Assembly: GCA_012295275.1 (NCBI GenBank)
Contig: CM022665.1
Span: 44,268,001 to 44,332,000, forward strand
Direction: 5' to 3'
Source: Chrysomallon squamiferum
Lineage: Eukaryota > Animalia > Mollusca
DNA: 64,000 bases
Shown: positions 61,573 through 64,000 of the stretch, in pieces
Layout: every line of letters starts with the position of its first letter
Position numbering within the stretch: position 1 is the first letter of the stretch
Translations under genes and position numbers: made by a program
The notes under the pieces: model-generated
Databases searched by the model: none
What the model was told of the DNA's origin: nothing
The model's input: only the letters and a program-made list of their open reading frames with translations

Positions 61573-63377
61573 TTTATTTTATTTTATTTTATTTTTTATT
61601 TTTATTTTTTTTATATTATCTTTTTAACATTATTATTGTTTCAACTACTACTGCTACTATTATTACTACTAGTAATATTATTGGAATACTCTTTCTGTAA
61701 TGAAAATATAACCGTTCATCTTAACTACTACTATTCATATTATTGGAATACTCTTTCTGTAATGAAAATACCTTAACCGTTCATCTTAACTACTACATCA
61801 ATTAAGTATTTACAACACACAGTAGTTATTTAGAAGATGTTATGATAAATATGCACAGCAAGCTTACAGTGTTTGTTTTCCTTAGGCATCTGGCACAACT
61901 GCTGGCAGTGAAGTTGAACAGGTAGATAAACTTCATTTCTATAAATATAAATAAATAAATTTTTAAAATCAAGATATCAAAAGTATGTTCAAAATTAAAC
62001 AAAAAGGTTGAACAAAAAATCCACGATTTTTTTTGCTGAAGTTTTGCAAAAAAAAAATCGTCAGGACACAAAATTTATTGTTCTGAATCTGTTTGCATGT
62101 TTGTTTGTTTCTAGTTAATAAAATATATTTATATATCTGTCTATATAAACTTTTAAACTGATCTTTTTATATAAACAGCATATTAATTTCTCACTCATCT
62201 TTTTTGACATGTTATTAAGTTAACAAGCACATAATATATGAAACTGTTTGTAATTAATATCAGAAAATATAACAAATTAATCATCTGCATGTTTCTAGAG
62301 AAATTTCTGTCACTAACTGATCATCATTTATAATGTATCATCACAGTTACAAATCAGCAATGTCTGCCTCACATTTTCTGCAAGTATTTAGAGTTATTGC
62401 CCTTGACTGCTCCTTTCCTGACAGTGAACCAGATTTGTTTGTATCATGTTCAGTTCATTTGCCATTTGTGAAACGTTTCTGTCACGAAACAAGAAAATAT
62501 TGACACATACACAACCCAATCATGTAGATGGTTCAGTATCTGTATTCTGTTAGCTAATGTTGTTGTACTTGGTTAGTGATTTCTGTTAACAAAAAATAAA
62601 AACAAAGGACAGGTAAGCGTATTTAAGATACTATTTTCCTGCTTGTAGCTCAAAGCCAAACTTGCAGATAAAGAAAAACATCTTGAGCATGAAATGGCTG
62701 CTAATAAACAGCTCAGTCAAAGATTGGTAAGTTGAGGGTTCAGTTCCCAGTTCTGGTTTGAAACCATTTATTGGGAATTAGTATTATTTTTACTGTATTT
62801 TCCCTTCCATTTTCATTATTATTATTATTATTAACTTTTTTTAATTGTTATTTTTATTTATTTTTCAAAAATTTATTTTATTTTTGTTTTGTTTTGTTTA
62901 TTTATTTATATTTATTTATTTATTATTATTATTTTTTTTTTATTATTATTATTAAGCTGCCTTGAATTTCTTTTTCTTCTTCTTCTTTTTTTTTTTTTTT
63001 TTTTGTTATTATTTTAATTATTGTTGTTATCATAAAATTTGTAGGACATGCATTTTATAGGTGTTTTTTTTTAATTATCAGTTATGTAATTACTGTTTTT
63101 TTTCATTCCTTTTAGAATGGGTTTTTTTTTTTTTTTTTCATTTTAATTTGTTTGTTGTGTTTGTTTTGTTTTTTAATTCATTTATTTTTTATTTATTTTT
63201 GTTTTATTTTTTTTTTTTTTTTTCATAAATTTGCAGTGGGTTTCTTTTAAGTTTTGTTTTCAACATTATATTATGTTGTTGGGTTTTTTTTTTTTTCTTC
63301 TCCCTTAAACAATTTTTAATTTATCCTAGTAAGATTTTGGCTCTTTATGTTTTTCACAGGCTCAGCTAGGGGTTTCG
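35676..63377 (+). CDS. RRBP1: Ribosome-binding protein 1 (p180)/kinectin family ER membrane coiled-coil protein, 3'-incomplete
   Basis: N-terminal TM helix followed by MKEKTFEEVLEEQ and a Lys-rich region; motifs TQKGDPVVLLKKQLEE, KKKNNELREKNWKAMEAL, LQRLFP. Exons: 35676-36447, 37834-37973, 38721-38793, 39423-39679, 41025-41062, 41395(41393)-41560, 42049-42288, 42670-42774, 43040-43167, 43686-43797, 46550-46645, 48929-49021, 49604-49660, 50211-50285, 50910-51002, 51526-51621, 52553-52630, 53088-53183, 53724-53816, 54703-54762, 56556-56621, 58583-58666, 59301-59381, 60808-60954, 61886-61921, 62649-62726, 63360-63377. Probably co-orthologous to vertebrate RRBP1 and KTN1. Confidence 0.88.
39423..39679 (+). 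CDS. RRBP1: RRBP1/KTN1 coiled-coil exon
   Basis: EQALAMSANSKMKELTQQLQMEK...LVQKLQE, phase 1-0. Confidence 0.9.
39634..40530 (+). repeat. Tandem array (unit about 92 nt) derived from an exon 3' end plus its splice donor
   Basis: About 10 copies of aa(a/g)cttca(a/g)gag|g(t/c)aaagcattacatttttcagaaaatctg, counting the real donor. Confidence 0.9.
42049..42288 (+). CDS. RRBP1: RRBP1/KTN1 coiled-coil exon
   Basis: KDTVALLSKKLEEVNKE...LENKLR, 240 nt, phase 0-0. Confidence 0.88.
45700..46130. repeat. Degenerate tandem repeat of about 115-125 nt (4 copies)
   Basis: tatccatgaaataaattgttttaaatgaa...gagggaaaatagacatttat recurring. Confidence 0.7.
46550..46645 (+). CDS. RRBP1: RRBP1/KTN1 exon with the ELREKNWKAMEAL signature
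   Basis: tttcag|GAA...CGG|gtaatt; motif conserved in p180 and kinectin. Confidence 0.92.
50488..50667. repeat. Compound trinucleotide microsatellite (GTT)n(CTT)n(ATT)n
   Basis: Direct inspection. Confidence 0.95.
52060..52312. repeat. Degenerate tandem repeat of about 45 nt
   Basis: tacagaactaaatttactttaaatttacaatgtagaat recurring about 5-6 times. Confidence 0.75.
57945..58203. repeat. Tandem duplication of about 130 nt
   Basis: gtgtgttattaaaaatataataaa...tttttgactggaaattaatttaatatcacttcactatatcatt present twice. Confidence 0.85.
60808..60954 (+). CDS. RRBP1: RRBP1/KTN1 C-terminal coiled-coil exon
   Basis: LLEVEKKKTKDLSSNIVKLNGIIKTGQDALKQEQDAVAALQKQL, 147 nt. Confidence 0.9.
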
Positions 63378-63553
63378 GTAAGTAAATGAGGGCAGGTTTT
63401 GTTATTATATCATGAACTTTTTTTATTATTATTATCCACCTCATAATTTTACATCAGTCTTTTTTAATCATAATTTAATTTTAATTTTAATTTTTAATTT
63501 TTAAAAAAAAAATTTTTTATTTTATTTTAATTTTATTATTATATTATTTCTAT

Positions 63554-63619
<66 letters not shown>

Positions 63620-64000
63620 TATTAGTATTATTTTTTTTTTAATCAGTATTTTAAAGTTAAATTTTGAAAGATGTAATTGCCTTTGAGATTTAAGTCATTA
63701 TCTACATTAGCTTTTTGTGGTTTGGGTTATGTAGTTTATTATTTATTTTGATTTAGAAGCCTTTTTTTTATTTTTTTATTATCCATCTACATTGAAGATT
63801 TCTACATTTTATGATTTTGTTAAGAAAAGGTGGGCTACAGTTGTGCCAAAATTCATTATTACTCTATGATAGCACCATCTTACGTTTTTCAAAATATATA
63901 TAAAAATTTTAATTAAATTTATTTAAAAGTGTTTTCAAATCTAATATTCATCTTAGGGTTGTTCAAGTAATTGGTTTCTCCGTTTACTGAAACAAACATT

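Overview
Very AT-rich, intron-rich animal genomic DNA, probably invertebrate (the taxon is an inference), with many microsatellites. Most ORF-track entries are low-complexity artefacts. I rebuilt three spliced genes by hand from GT-AG boundaries and phase continuity. (1) The 3' half of a kinesin light chain (KLC) gene, + strand, 41-18551. (2) A complete 6-exon enolase-phosphatase E1 (ENOPH1) gene, - strand, 30492-24691, 308 aa with a long acidic C-terminal tail. (3) An RRBP1(p180)/kinectin-family ER coiled-coil gene, + strand, starting at 35676 and running off the end of the window. The main result is in KLC: two duplicated 90-nt phase-0 TPR exons (1768-1857 and 3352-3441) that look mutually exclusive. 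They are surrounded by GC-richer intronic elements that can base-pair. One 17-bp stem masks both splice sites of the first copy, a bipartite long-range helix spans the 1.5-kb intron between the copies, and a crossing helix could loop out the second copy. Together these form a candidate competing RNA-structure splicing switch on the kinesin-1 cargo-binding surface. Other observations: KLC C-terminal alternative donors and candidate microexons, a triplicated exon pair and a tandem array of duplicated splice donors in RRBP1/KTN1, and a 47-bp palindrome between the divergent genes.
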